Shown here: in pieces, positions 13,331-24,797 of the stretch
How positions within the stretch are numbered: position 1 is the first letter of the stretch
How the letters are laid out: the number at the start of each line of letters is the position of its first letter
DNA from: Mustelus asterias
Lineage: Eukaryota
DNA length: 64,000 bases
Direction of reading: 5' to 3'
NCBI RefSeq assembly: GCF_964213995.1
Contig: NC_135807.1
Coordinates: 103,788,001 to 103,852,000 of the forward strand
Program-made: the position numbers and the translations under genes
Notes under the pieces: generated by a model
Seen by the model: the letters and a program-made list of their open reading frames with translations, nothing else
The model's database searches: none
What the model was told of the DNA's origin: nothing

Positions 13331-13419
13331 GCAGGTCCAGTGATGCCGGCGATCTGGTGTCAATTTTCCTCCTGTCCCGTTGGGCACTTCGAATTTTTTG
13401 GGAAAATCGTGCCCTCTTA

Positions 13420-13870
13420 TTTTTAAAGGGTGAGAAACTATTAACCATTAATTTTCAGAAGGATTTGGGTGTCTTATACATGAATCGCAAAGTTACATGC
13501 AGATATAACAAACTATAAGGAACACACATTCAGTAGACGAGAAGCGGATGCTTCGTCTTGTGGGGCATTCTAGGACGAGAGGTCTTAGGATAAGAGGTAG
13601 CAAATTTAAAACAGAGATGAGGAGAAATTACTTCTCCCAAAGGGTTGTGAATCTGGAATTCACTACCCCAAAGTGCGGTGGATGCTGGGACAGTGAGTAA
13701 ATTTAAGTAGGAGTTAGACAGATATTTAATTGGTAATGGGTTGAAGGATTATGGGAAGGAGGCAGGAAAATGGGGTTGAGGAACATTTCAGTCACAATTG
13801 AATGGCGGGGTAGACTCAATGGGCCGAATGGCCTAATTCTGCTCTTGTATCTTATGAACTTGTGAACATA
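13420..13870 (+). mobile_element. CR1 3' fragment
   Basis: RT C-terminal remnant (..RRNYFSQRVVNL..) and CR1 3' UTR gggccgaatggcct...tcttatg. Confidence 0.75.
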
Positions 13871-14202
13871 GTAGTATCGTGATCATTATTGTGGGATATT
13901 TTAATGCAAGTGTAATGAAGACTTGCTGTATTTGTGCAGGACTTTGGTGAGACCACACTGGAGTACTGCATATGGATCTGAAACGTTAGCTCTGTTTCTT
14001 TCTCCACAGATGCCCCCAGATCTGCTGAGTATTTTCAACATTTTGATGTTGTTTCAATATTTCTCCAATATTTCGCCTTTCTATTGAATGGCAGAATAGT
14101 TTGAAGGAGACCAATGGCCTACTTCTATTTCTGTTTCTGGTGTTATTATACTCGTCAGAAATATTCTTCATTCTGTTAACATTGGGAATTTTACACCTTT
14201 AG

Positions 14203-14356
14203 GTATCACTACTAAAACACAGGATGGGACTCGGGGGGACAAATGCAGATTTGCAGGAATCCACAACCCAAGCATCCATGACGGAAACTACAGAAGCAGC
14301 TCAACTGAGTTCCAACAATGAAGAAAATAACACTGACAGTCCTGATGGATTTGGAG
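14203..14356 (+). CDS. GOLGA4: GOLGA4 coding exon (3rd in window)
   Basis: cctttAG| acceptor, |GTGATG donor. 154 nt, VSLLKHRMGLGGTNAD...DSPDGFG plus 1 nt. The phase-1 end joins the next exon to form GAG (E). Confidence 0.85.
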
Positions 14357-15250
14357 GTGATGCCTTTCATCTAATCTGAAAGTTAAATTAACAAAATTTA
14401 AAAAAAGCTTTCCTAGTTACAGATGTGCAGACACTCTGAGGGGAGGGGGGGGGGTTTCCCTAAATGTTATGGGGCTGGAATTTACTGTAAAAACAGTGAA
14501 ACTTGGGGCACGGATTGTTATCTGTGCTTGAATCAGACAGCAACGTCAGACGAGGGCAAATAGCCATTAAATGTAAAAATCCAGAATTTGCTTTTTGAAA
14601 TGTTGCTTCAAACAGCATCCTGCTGTCCAGCTTCCCATTCAAATGTATTGAGCTGGAAGAAATTCCTGTACTGTAGATGGGGACGAAACTCGCCTGGAAA
14701 GTTTGGGCTCATCCATTGCGCAAGTGCTCTTTGAACTGTGTGACAAGTCTCAAATACTGCCTGACAATCTCTCTGGTGCTCAAATGTGGAATCTTATTGC
14801 TTCAGCTTTTAGCTTTTGTTGGAGATTTTAATAGATTGTAGTTTGTTTCACTTTTGCTTTCCTTGTTTCTCTTGCAATCCAATCTTTCCCCTGTATCTGA
14901 TTTGACATTGAATTCTCTATTTAACAGGTTCAGACTCTGCATTGTTCATTAACACTGTTCAGTTTGGTTAAAAAGATGCACATTTGCTTGCTGTGTTCAT
15001 GTAGACCCTAAATTCTCTGTAGAGGCTGCCATGCCATTTTGGTCTTCCTCTTGTGGCAACTTACAATTTGTAAAGGCTCCTGGAACTTCAACAGATGACA
15101 AATCATCTGACACATATTGGGTGCCATTTGTTTGTTGGCTACAGTGAATTCTGGCTCATTGTATATGTTAAGCCACTATGTATTTTTCATCGTTTTCCAA
15201 AGCACTTAGAATTTATTTTTAACACTAACAGGTGAATTCCAGCATTCATA

Positions 15251-15383
15251 ATTTTGACAAAGGAGTCATCTGGGCTCGAAACGTCAGCTCTTTTTTCTCC
15301 TTGCAGATGCTGCCAAACCTGCTGAGATTTTCCAGAGTTTTCTCTTTTGGTTTCAGATTCCAGCATCCGCAGTAATTTGCTTT
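15251..15383 (+). mobile_element. Short PLE pseudo-LTR derivative (family B) with U3:A8 hammerhead motif
   Basis: TTGACAA-AG-GAGTC-atctg-GGCTC-GAAA-CGTC-AGCTC followed by the family body ...cagattccagcatccgcagtaatttgcttt. Confidence 0.7.
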
Positions 15384-16124
15384 CATTCATAATTTTGCTC
15401 TGTGCAGTTTTATGGCCTTGGTTATGATACAAGTACAAAAGCCTGAAGTCCCTGTTGGTAATTTAATTCCTTGTTCGTGATTAAACAATTTTTATGCTGT
15501 GCATCAACAAATCATTTTGAATTACAAAAAAAATTTCCTCAATTGGATTGTATTAGAAACAAAATGAGAAACTTTAACTTTTAAGCACGCGAGAAATCCT
15601 TGTCTGCTTGGGCTGATTGACTTGATAGATTTGTAGCTCTCACTCTGAAATTGTTAACAGTCAAAATTTTAGATCGTTGTTCTGTTAGTGATCAGTGTTT
15701 AAAGTGGGTACTTGAGGGAATTCTTGAAGTGAATTGAGAAAAATGTTGAAGATTCATTTTTCACAAATACGCTAAAATTATTTTTACTTGATATGTTTTT
15801 TGAGTTTGTACAAGACTGGCTTTAAAGTTTTGCAATTAATATTTCAAGTTTTTTTTATTAATGGTCAGTTAATTTGAGAATCAAATTTCTGGCCTTGTCA
15901 GACATTGAAATGAGATTTAATAGAACATAGATTTAGTCAAGTATGATGAGTGACAATTTGACATTTCAAGTTTATGTTACATTAGTAATTGATTTTACAA
16001 TATCAGTAAACAATTCTAATAGTTTTAGTGTCTGTGTTAACACGGGGAAAATATTGTGGCGTAGTTTGCAGACATTCTTTTACAGTTCTGTTGCTAACAA
16101 ATGAGTTACCATTGTGTCATACAG

Positions 16125-16309
16125 AGGGAGCTGGAGATGCTACTTCCTTAACAGTTCTTCAGAAACGCGTGAAGAGGCAAGAAAATCTGCTACAGCGCTG
16201 CAAGGAGATGATTCACACACATAAAGAACGCTGCACTCAGATGACCAGTGAAAAGGAAGCCCTACAAGAACAACTGGATGAGCGTTATCAGGAGCTGGAA
16301 AAAATAAAG
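16125..16309 (+). CDS. GOLGA4: GOLGA4 coding exon (4th in window)
   Basis: catacAG| acceptor, |GTGAAT donor. 185 nt, ..LQKRVKRQENLLQRCKEMIHTHKERCTQMTSEKEALQEQLDERYQELEKIK. Confidence 0.93.
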
Positions 16310-16361
16310 GTGAATTTCAAAATGGGTGGAGCTTTTCTTTGCTCTGGGTTCCCTTTTATAC

Positions 16362-17009
16362 TGTGGAGATGCCAGCGTTGGACTGGGGTAAACACAGTAA
16401 GAAGTTTACAAACACCAGGTTAAAGTCCAACAGGTTTATTTGGTAGCAAAAGCCACAAGCTTTCGGAGCCTTAAGCTCCTTCTTCAGGTGAGTGGGAATT
16501 CTGTTCACAAACAGGGTATATAAAGACACAGACTCAATTTACAGAATAATGGTTGGAATGCGAATACTTACAGCTAATCAAGTCTTAAAGGTACAAACAA
16601 TGTGAGTGGAGAGAGCATTAAGACAGATTAAAGAGATGTGTATTGTCTCCAGGTAGGACAGCCAGTGAGATTCTGCAAGTCCAGGCAAGCTGTGGGGATT
16701 ACAGATAGTGTGACATGAGCCCAATATCCCGGTTGAGGCCGTCCTCGTGTGTGCGGAACTTGGCTATCAGTTTCTGCTCAGCGACTCTGCGCCGTCGTGT
16801 GTCGTGAAGGCCACCTTGGAGAACGCTTACTCGAATATCAGAGGCCGAATGTCCATGACTGCTGAAGTGCTCCCCAACAGGAAGAGAACAGTCTTGCCTG
16901 GTGATTGTCAAGCGGTGTTCATTTGCTGCGCTGCAGGAAAGGATGACCCGAGGCATGGTACATTGGGGAAACCATGCAGGCACTGCGACAACGGATGAAT
17001 GAACACCGC
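16362..17009 (-). mobile_element. 5'-truncated Penelope-like element (family A): GIY-YIG C-terminus, pseudo-LTR with hammerhead, inverted 5' piece
   Basis: Minus frame NEHRLTITRQDCSLPVGEHFSSHGH...RRRRVAEQKLIAKFRTHEDGLNRD. Plus-strand 16929-17009 reads WYIGETMQALRQRMNEHR (YIG motif). Hammerhead motif at 16454-16490. Confidence 0.85.
16454..16490 (-). ncRNA. Minimal type I hammerhead ribozyme motif
   Basis: CAC-CUGAAGA-A-GGAGC-uuaag-GCUCC-GAAA-GCUU-GUG: complete core, stem II, palindromic mini stem III, stem I CAC/GUG. Confidence 0.7.
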
Positions 17010-17058
17010 CCTGCCGGTCGCCCCGGCGCGTCCGCCCTGCCGGTCGCCCCGGGCTGAT

Positions 17059-17235
17059 GAAAAGAGCTGATGTTTCGAGTCCAGACGACCCTTGGTCAAA
17101 GCTTTGACAAAGGGTCGTCTGGACTCGAAACGTCAGCTCTTTTCTCTCCTTACAGATGCTACCAGACCTGCTGAGATTTTCCAGCATTTTCTCTTTTGGT
17201 TCCAGATTCCAGCATCCGTAGTAATTTGCTTTTAT
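17059..17235 (+). mobile_element. Family B PLE derivative with fold-back 5' duplication (43-bp arms)
   Basis: Palindrome centred on AAG|CTT (17101/17102), then the family B body. Confidence 0.75.
17100..17138 (+). ncRNA. Minimal hammerhead ribozyme motif, U3:A8 variant
   Basis: AGCU-UUGACAA-A-GGGUC-gucug-GACUC-GAAA-C-GUC-AGCU, with a GUC cleavage triplet. Confidence 0.65.
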
Positions 17236-17796
17236 GACTCTGTAGCCCTTCCACTAAGTCATTTAGAAATATTGTGAAAAGCTGAAGCCCCAGTGCAAAT
17301 CCTTGGTTGAGACCACTAGATGCATCTTGACAACTAGAGTGCCTCTCTCTGTCTCTTGCCTCCTAACCAATTCCCCACCGTGCCAACGGATTGCCTCCAA
17401 TTCAATGCATGCAAATTTTAGTTAAATTTTTTATGTGGAAACTTATTGAATGCTGTCTGCAAGTTCACATAAATAACATTAATTGACACTGAAATATTTT
17501 TGTTATTGCAAAACGTTGAGCTAGGTTTGTTGGATATTATGTAACCATATACAAATCCATCCTGCTTCTTGCTGATAAAATCATATTTGACCAAATGCTC
17601 AGTTACTCTATTCTAGGTGACAAATTCTAATAAGTCCCCAAAACAGACACTAGAAAAATCAGTTTCAAATGTTCTAATTTTTCTCTTAATCATTCTTAAA
17701 TAATAGTGATATTGGCAATTATCCAATCCATGGACAAATTGCATTTTGTAAGATTATGATTGAAGCATCTCCAACTTCCTCACCTGCTCCCTTTAA

Positions 17797-18062
17797 TAGT
17801 ACTGCTGCATCACAGCGCCAGGGACCTGGGTTCAATTCCGGCCTCAGGTGACTGTGTGTGTGTGTGGAGTTTGCACATTCTCCCTGTGTCTGCGTGGGGT
17901 TTCTCTGGGGGCTCTGGCTTCCTCACACAGTTCAAAGCTGTGCAGGTTAGGTTGCTTGGCCATGCTAAGTTGCCCCTTCGTGTTAGGGGAGATTAGCAGG
18001 GTAAATATGTGGGGTTATGGGGATAGGGCCTGGGTGGGATTGTTGTTGGTGCAGGCTCAATG
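17797..18062 (+). mobile_element. HE1-type V-SINE
   Basis: tRNA-like head and V body. Its 3' end abuts the tail of an oppositely oriented CR1. Confidence 0.85.
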
Positions 18063-18064
18063 GG

Positions 18065-19250
18065 CCCCTCGAGCCTGCCCCGCCATTCAATAAGATCATG
18101 GCTGATCTGATAGTGGTTTAGTTCCACTTACCAGCCCGCTCCCCATAACCCTTAATTCCCTTATTGATCAGAAATCTATCTACCTGTGACTTAAACATAT
18201 TTAACGAGGTAGCCTCCACTGCTTCAATGGGCAGAGAATTCCAGAGATTCACTACCCTCTGAGAGAAGAAATTCCTCCTCACCTCTGTTCTAAACTGACT
18301 CCCCCTTATTTTGAGGCTGTGTCCTCCAGTTCTTGTTTCCTTTCTAAGTGGAAAGAATCTCTCTGCCTCTACCCTGTCTAGCCCAACATTCCATTTGCCT
18401 TCTTGATCACCTGCTGCACCTGCAAACTGAGTTTTTGCGATTCATGCACAAGGACTCCCAGGTCCCTCTGCACAGTAGCATGTTGTAATTTTTCACCATT
18501 TAAATAATAGTCCATTTTACTATTATTCCTTCCAAAGTGAATAACCTCACACTTGTCAACATTATACTCCATCTGCCAGATCCTCGCCCACTCACTTAGC
18601 CTATCCAAATCTTTCCGCATCCTCCACGCAATTCGCTTTCCCACTCATCTTTGTATCATCCGCAAACTTTGTTACCCTACACTCGGTCCCTTCCTCCAGA
18701 TCATCCATGTATATGGTAAACAGTTGAGGCCCCAGCACCGATCCCTGCGGCACACCACTAGTCACCAACTGCCAACCAGAAAAGCACCCATTTATTCCAA
18801 CTCTCTGCTTCCTGTTAGATAGCCAATCCTCAATCCACGCTAACACTTTACCACCAACTCCATGTACCTTAATCTTCTGCAGCAACCTTTTGTGAGGCAC
18901 CTTATTGAACGCCTTCTGGAAATCCAAAAACACCACATCCACCGGTTCCCCTCTGTCAACCGCACTCGTTACATCTTCATAAAAATACAGTAAATTCGTC
19001 AAACACGACTTTCCCTTCATGAATGCATGCTGCGTCTGCTTGATCGAACCATTTTTTTCCAGGTGTCCTGCTATTCTTTAATGATGGATTCCAGCAATTT
19101 CCCAACTACGGACGTTAAGCTAACCGGCCTGTAGTTACCCGCCTTTTGTCTACCTCCTTTTTTAAACAGTGGCGTCACATTCGCTGTTTTCCAATCAGCC
19201 GGTACTTCCCCAGAGTCCAGCGAATTTTGATAAATTACAACCAACGCATC
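18065..19250 (-). mobile_element. CR1 LINE 3' portion (RT), internally deleted
   Basis: Minus ORFs contain GKSCLTNL, LDFQKAF, SGVPQGSVLGP, KFADDTK and WQMEYNVDKC. Confidence 0.92.
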
Positions 19251-19454
19251 TATTTACTTATCTTTGCAACAAGTTGCCAATTTTCTCATATTTACAACGA
19301 TGGAACTTTTGAACAGAAACCAAGTGAATTCACAGAAAAAGAGATAAAATAGGAATGTGAAGCTAATTTAAGAGATTGACATTGTCATAAGCTTGTGATC
19401 ATGCTGTGTGTTGTACCAATTTTTGGATAATGGTGCAGGAGGATTTGTTTTTAG

Positions 19455-19690
19455 TCATGGCTCGGTTGGTCGCACTTTGCATCTGAATCACAAGACTCTG
19501 GGGTTCAGGTCACACTCCAGGCCTTGGGCACAAAGTTTTGGCTGACTTTGCAGTGCAGTTCTGAGGGAATGCTGCATCGTCGGATATTTGGATCAGATGT
19601 TAAATCGAGGCCCCACCAGCCCCTTCAGGTGGCTGTGAAACATAGTAGAGCACTTTCTTGAAGAAGCGTAAGGGAGATAAACCCGGTTTG
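19455..19690 (+). mobile_element. Deu-domain SINE (SacSINE1/AmnSINE1-like)
   Basis: tRNA-like head followed by ctgagggaatgctgca..gatgttaaatcgaggcccc..caggtgg..gaagaagc, resembling the recalled Deu domain. Confidence 0.65.
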
Positions 19691-19779
19691 TAAATGCCTT
19701 TTACTATGTTGTAAGTATTGTCCAATATAATCAGGATATCTGATGGAAAATGTCTTTTCACGTTGTTTATTTTCTTCAG

Positions 19780-19863
19780 GATCTGCACTCTGCTGAAAAG
19801 ACTAAACTAATCACTCAACTTCGCGATGCAAAGAATTTAATTGAACAATTGGAACAAGATAAG
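19780..19863 (+). CDS. GOLGA4: GOLGA4 coding exon (5th in window)
   Basis: ttcttcAG| acceptor, |GTGAGC donor. 84 nt, DLHSAEKTKLITQLRDAKNLIEQLEQDK. Confidence 0.95.
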
Positions 19864-22308
19864 GTGAGCAGTACTTCAGTCAGGTGAGTGGGATAATGTC
19901 TCATTAACAGCTGTTGGAAATAGCTGGAGCAGTTACATTCTGCATTGCATGAGTTGCCGCAGAGGTGACCCAGGCTCTAATTCAGCCATGCAGTAGGTTT
20001 TGCACTGAAGTAATTGATGTATTTCTGTAAAGTGCATTGATCTTTGTTAGCACAAATTATTGCTAACATAGTTTTATTGGTGGTAGAACATAGAACATTA
20101 CAGCGCAGTACAGGCCCTTCAACCCTCGATGTTGCGCCAACCAGTGAAACCAATCTAAAGCCCATCTAACCTACACTATTCCAATATCATCCATATGTTT
20201 ATCCAATGACCATTTAAATGCCCTTAATGTTGGCGAGTCCACTGCTGCTGCAGGCAGGGCATTCCACGCCCTTACTACTCTCTGAGTGAAGAACCTATCT
20301 CTGACATCTGTCCTATATCTATCACCCCTCAATTTAAAGCTATGTCCCCTCGTGCTAGCTATCACCATCCAAGGAAAAAGGCTCTCACTATCCACCCTAT
20401 CTAAGCCTCTCACTATCCACCCTATCTAAGCCTCTGACTATCCACCCTATCTAAGCCTCTGATCATTTTGTATGCCTCTATTAAGTCACCTCTTGACTTT
20501 CTTCTCTCTAACGAAAACAGCCTCAAGTCCCTCAGCTTTTCTTCATAAGACCTTCCCACCATTCCAGGCAACATCCTAGTAAATCTCCTCTGCACCCTTT
20601 CCAATGCTTCCACATCTTTCCTATGATGCTGTGACCATAACTGTACGCAATACTCCAAGTGCGGCCGCACCAGAGTTTTGTACAGCTGCAACATGGCCTC
20701 CTGGCTCCAAAACTCAATCCCTCCACCAATGAAAGCTAACACTCCGTACGCCTTCTTAACAACCCTATCAACCTGGGTGCCAACTTTCAGGGATCTATGC
20801 ACATGAACACCCAGATCCCTCTGTTCATCCACACTACCAAGTATTTTACCATTAGCCCAGTACTCTGTATTCCTGTTACTCCTTCCAAAGTGAATCACCT
20901 CACACTTTTCCGCATTGAACTCCATTTGCCACCTCTCAGCCCAGCTCTGCAGCTTATCTATGTCCCTCTGTAACCTGCAACAATCTTCCGCACTGTCCAC
21001 AACTCCACCGACTTCAGTGTCATCCGCAAATTTACTAACCCATCCTTCTACGTCCTCATCCAGGTGATTTATAAAAATGACAAACAGCAGTGGCCCCAAA
21101 ACAGATCCTTGTGGTACACCACTAGTAACTGAACTCCAGGATGAACACTTCCCATCAACCACCACCCTCTGTCTTCTTACAGCTAGCCAATTCCTGATCC
21201 AAACCGCTAAATCACCCTCAATCCCATGCCTCCGTAACTTCTGCAATAGCTTACCGTGGGGAACCTTATCAAACGCTTTACTGAAATCCATACACACCAC
21301 ATCAACTGCTTTACCCTCATCCACCTCTTTGGTCACCTTCTCAAAGAACTCAGTAAGGTTTGTGAGGCACGACCTACCCTTCACAAAACCGTGTTGACTA
21401 TCCCTAATCAAATTATTCCTTTCTAGATGATTATAAATCCTATCTCTTATAATCCTTTCCAAAACTTTGCCCACAACAGAAGTAAGGCTCACTGGTCTAT
21501 AATTACCAGGGTTGTCCCTACTCCCCTTCTTGAACAAGGGGACAACATTTGCTATCCTCCAGTCTTCAGGCACTATTCCTGTAGACAATGACGATATAAA
21601 GATCAAAGCCAAAGGCTCTGCAATCTCCTCCCTAGCCTCCCAGAGAATTCTGGGATAAATCCCATCTGGCCCAGGGGACTTAGCAATTCTGGAAAGTGTG
21701 AAAATAGATAACACCTCCTCCTTATTAACCTCAATCCCGTCTAGTCCAATAGTCTGTATCTCAGTATTCTCCTCGACAACATTGTCTTTTTCCTGCGTGA
21801 ATACTGACGAAAAATATTCATTTAGTGCCTCTCCTATCTCTTCAGGCTCCATGCACAACTTCCCACTACTGTCCTTGACTGGCCGTAATCTTACCCTCGT
21901 CATTCTTTTATTCCTGACATACCTATAGAAGGCTTTATGGTTTTCCTTGATCCTACCTGCCAAAGACTTCTCATGTCCCCTCCTGGCTCCTCTTCGGTCT
22001 CCCTTTAGGTCCTTCCTGGCAAACTTGTAACTCTCAAGCACCCTAACTGAGCCTTCACGTCTCATCTTTACATAAGTCTTCTTCTTCCTCTTTACAAAAG
22101 ATTCAACTTCTTTAGTAAACCACGGTTCCCTCACTCGACCAGGTACATACTTATCAAGGACACCCAGTAGCTGTCCCTTGAAAAAGGTCCACATTTCAAT
22201 TGTGCCCATCCCCTGCAGTTTCCTTCTGCAACCTATGCATCCTAAATCTCGCCTAATCGCATCATAATTTCCTTTCCCCCAGCTATAACTCTTGCCCTTC
22301 GGTATATA

Positions 22309-23258
22309 TCTTTGTGATTTTTATAAATGACCTGGATGAGGAAGTGGAAGGATGGGTTGGCAGGTTTGCTGATGACACAAAGGTTGGTGGTGTTGTGGAT
22401 AGTGTAGAGGGATGTCAGCAGTTGCAACGAGACATAGATAAGATGCAAGACTGGGCGGAAAGGTGACAGATGGACTTCAACCCAGATAAGTGTGTGGTGG
22501 ATCATTTTGGCAGGTCGAATAGGATGAAAGAAGATAATATTAAGGGTAAGATGCTTGGCAGTGTGGAAGATCAGAAGGATCTTGGAGTCAGGGTTCATAG
22601 GACGCTCAAAGCAGCGTCGCAGTTAGAGGCTGTGGTTAAGAAGGCGTATGGAATGCTAGCCTTCATCAATAGAGGAATTGAGTTTGGAAATCGGGCGATA
22701 ATGCTGCAGCTGTATAGGACCCTGGTCAGACCCCACCTGGAGTACTGTGCCCAGCTCTGGTCGCCTCATTACAGAAAGGATGTGGAAGCCATAGAAAGGG
22801 TGCAGAGGAGATTTACAAGGATGTTGCCTGGATTAGGTGGCATGCCTTATCAGGATAGGTTGAGAGAGCTAGGTTGTTTCTCCTTGGAGAAGCGAAGGAT
22901 GAGAGGTGACCTGAGAGATGTGTATAAGATGTTGAGAGGTATTGAAAGAGTGAATTCTCAGAGACTTTTACCCCGGGCTGAAATGGTTGCCACAAGAGGT
23001 CACCGGTTTTGGGTGCCCGGGAGTAGGTACAGAGGAGATGTTAGGGGTAAGTTTTTCACTCAGAGGGTGGTGGGTGCGTGGAATCGGCTGCCAGTAGTGG
23101 TGGTGGAGGCGGAGTCGATAGGGTCTTTTAAGAGACTTTTGGATAAGTTCATGGAAGTTAGTAAGATAGAGGGTTATAGGTAAGCCTAGTAGGTAGGGAC
23201 ATGTTCGGCGCAACTTGTAGGCCGAAGGGCCTGTTTGTGCTGCAGCTTTTCTATGTTC
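22309..23258 (+). mobile_element. 5'-truncated CR1 nested in the host CR1, opposite orientation
   Basis: FADD motif and 237-aa C-terminal ORF 22470-23183. Tail ctatgttc. TATA flanks both ends (22305-22308, 23259-23262). Confidence 0.9.
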
Positions 23259-23971
23259 TATACCTATTCCTTTCCATCGCTAAAGTAAACGTAACCGAAT
23301 TGTGGTCACTATCACCCAAGTGCTCACCTACCTCCAAATCTAACACCTGGTCTGGTTCATTACCCAGTACCAAATCCAATGTGGCCTCACCTCTTGTTGG
23401 CCTATCTACATACTGTGTCAGGAAACCCTCCTGCACACATTGGACAAAAACTGACCCATCTAAAGTACTCGAACTATAGTTTTTCCAGTCAATATTTGCA
23501 GAGTTAAAGTCCCCCATAACAACTATCCTGTTACTTTCGCTCCTATCCAGAATCATCTTTCCAATCCTTTCCTCTACATCTCTGGAACTTTTCGGAGACC
23601 TATAGAAAACTCCCAACAGGGTGACCTCTCCTTTCCTGTTTCTAACCTCAGCCCATACTACCTCAGTATGAGTTCTCATCAAACGTCCTTTCTGCCACCA
23701 TAATACTGTCCTTGACTAACAATGCCACACCTCCACCTCTTTTACCACCTTCCCTGCTCTTACTGAAACATCTAAACCCCGGAACCTGCAACAACCATTC
23801 CTGTCCCTGCTCTATCCATGTCTCCGAGATGGCCACAACATCGAAGTCCCAGGTACCAACCCATGCTGCAAGTTCACCCACCTTATTCCGGATGCACCTG
23901 GCATTGACGTATACACACTTCAAACCACCTTTCTGCCTGTCAGTACACTCCTGCGACGCTGAAACCTTATT

Positions 23972-24797
23972 AACAAAGAACAATACAGCACAGAAACAGG
24001 CCCTTCGGCCCTCCAAGCCAGCGCCGCTCCCTGGTCCAAACTAGACCATTCTTTTGTATCCCTCCATTCCCACTCCGTTCATGTGGCTATCTAGATAAGT
24101 CTTAAACGTTCCCAGTGTGTCCACCTCCACCACCTTGCCTGGCAGCGCATTCCAGGCCCCCACCACCCTCTGTGTAAAATATGTCCTTCTGATATCTGTG
24201 TTAAACCTCCCCCCCTTCATCTTGAACCTATGACTCCTCGTGAACGTCACCACGGACCTGGGGAAAAGCTTCCCACCGTTCACCCTATCTATGCCTTTCA
24301 TAATTTTATACACCTCTATTAAGTCTCCCCTCATCCTCCGTCTTTCCAGGGAGAACAACCCCAGTTTACCCAATCTCTCCTCATAACTGAGCCCCTCTAT
24401 GCCAGGCAACATCCTGGTAAACCTCCTCTGTACTCTCTCCAAAGCCTCCACGTCCTTCTGGTAGTGTGGCGATCAGAACTGGACGCAGTATTCCAAATGC
24501 AGCTGAACCAACGTTCTATACATCTGCAACATCAGACCCCAACTTTTATACTCTATGCCCCGTCCTATAAAGGCAAGCATGCCATATGCCTTCTTCACCA
24601 CCACCTCCACCTGTGACGTCACCTTCAAGGATCTGTGGACTTGCACACCCAGGTCCCTCTGCGTATCTACACCCTTTATGGTTCTGCCATTTATCTACCT
24701 TCTGCAGGAAAAAGACCCTTCCACTACCACCCTCTGTCTTCTGTGACCAAGCCAGTTCTCCACCCATCTTGCCACCTCCCCCTTTATCCCATGAAAT
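23972..24797 (-). mobile_element. 5'-truncated CR1 nested at the ORF1/ORF2 junction of the host CR1
   Basis: ORF 24041-24451 (ERVQRRFTRMLPG...FTQRVVGAWN) and a distinct tail (ttctttgtt). Confidence 0.88.

Noticed and set aside
8221-13387. Very long Gly/Arg/Glu- and Pro-rich ORFs (up to 1154 aa) on both strands
   Set aside because: They are by-products of a G-rich repeat that lacks stop codons. Only 8212-8310 is a real exon, with a donor at 8311.
20422-22209. 595-aa RT ORF as an active or domesticated gene
   Set aside because: It is separated from its endonuclease by a nested insertion and broken at the C-terminus by a tandem triplication.
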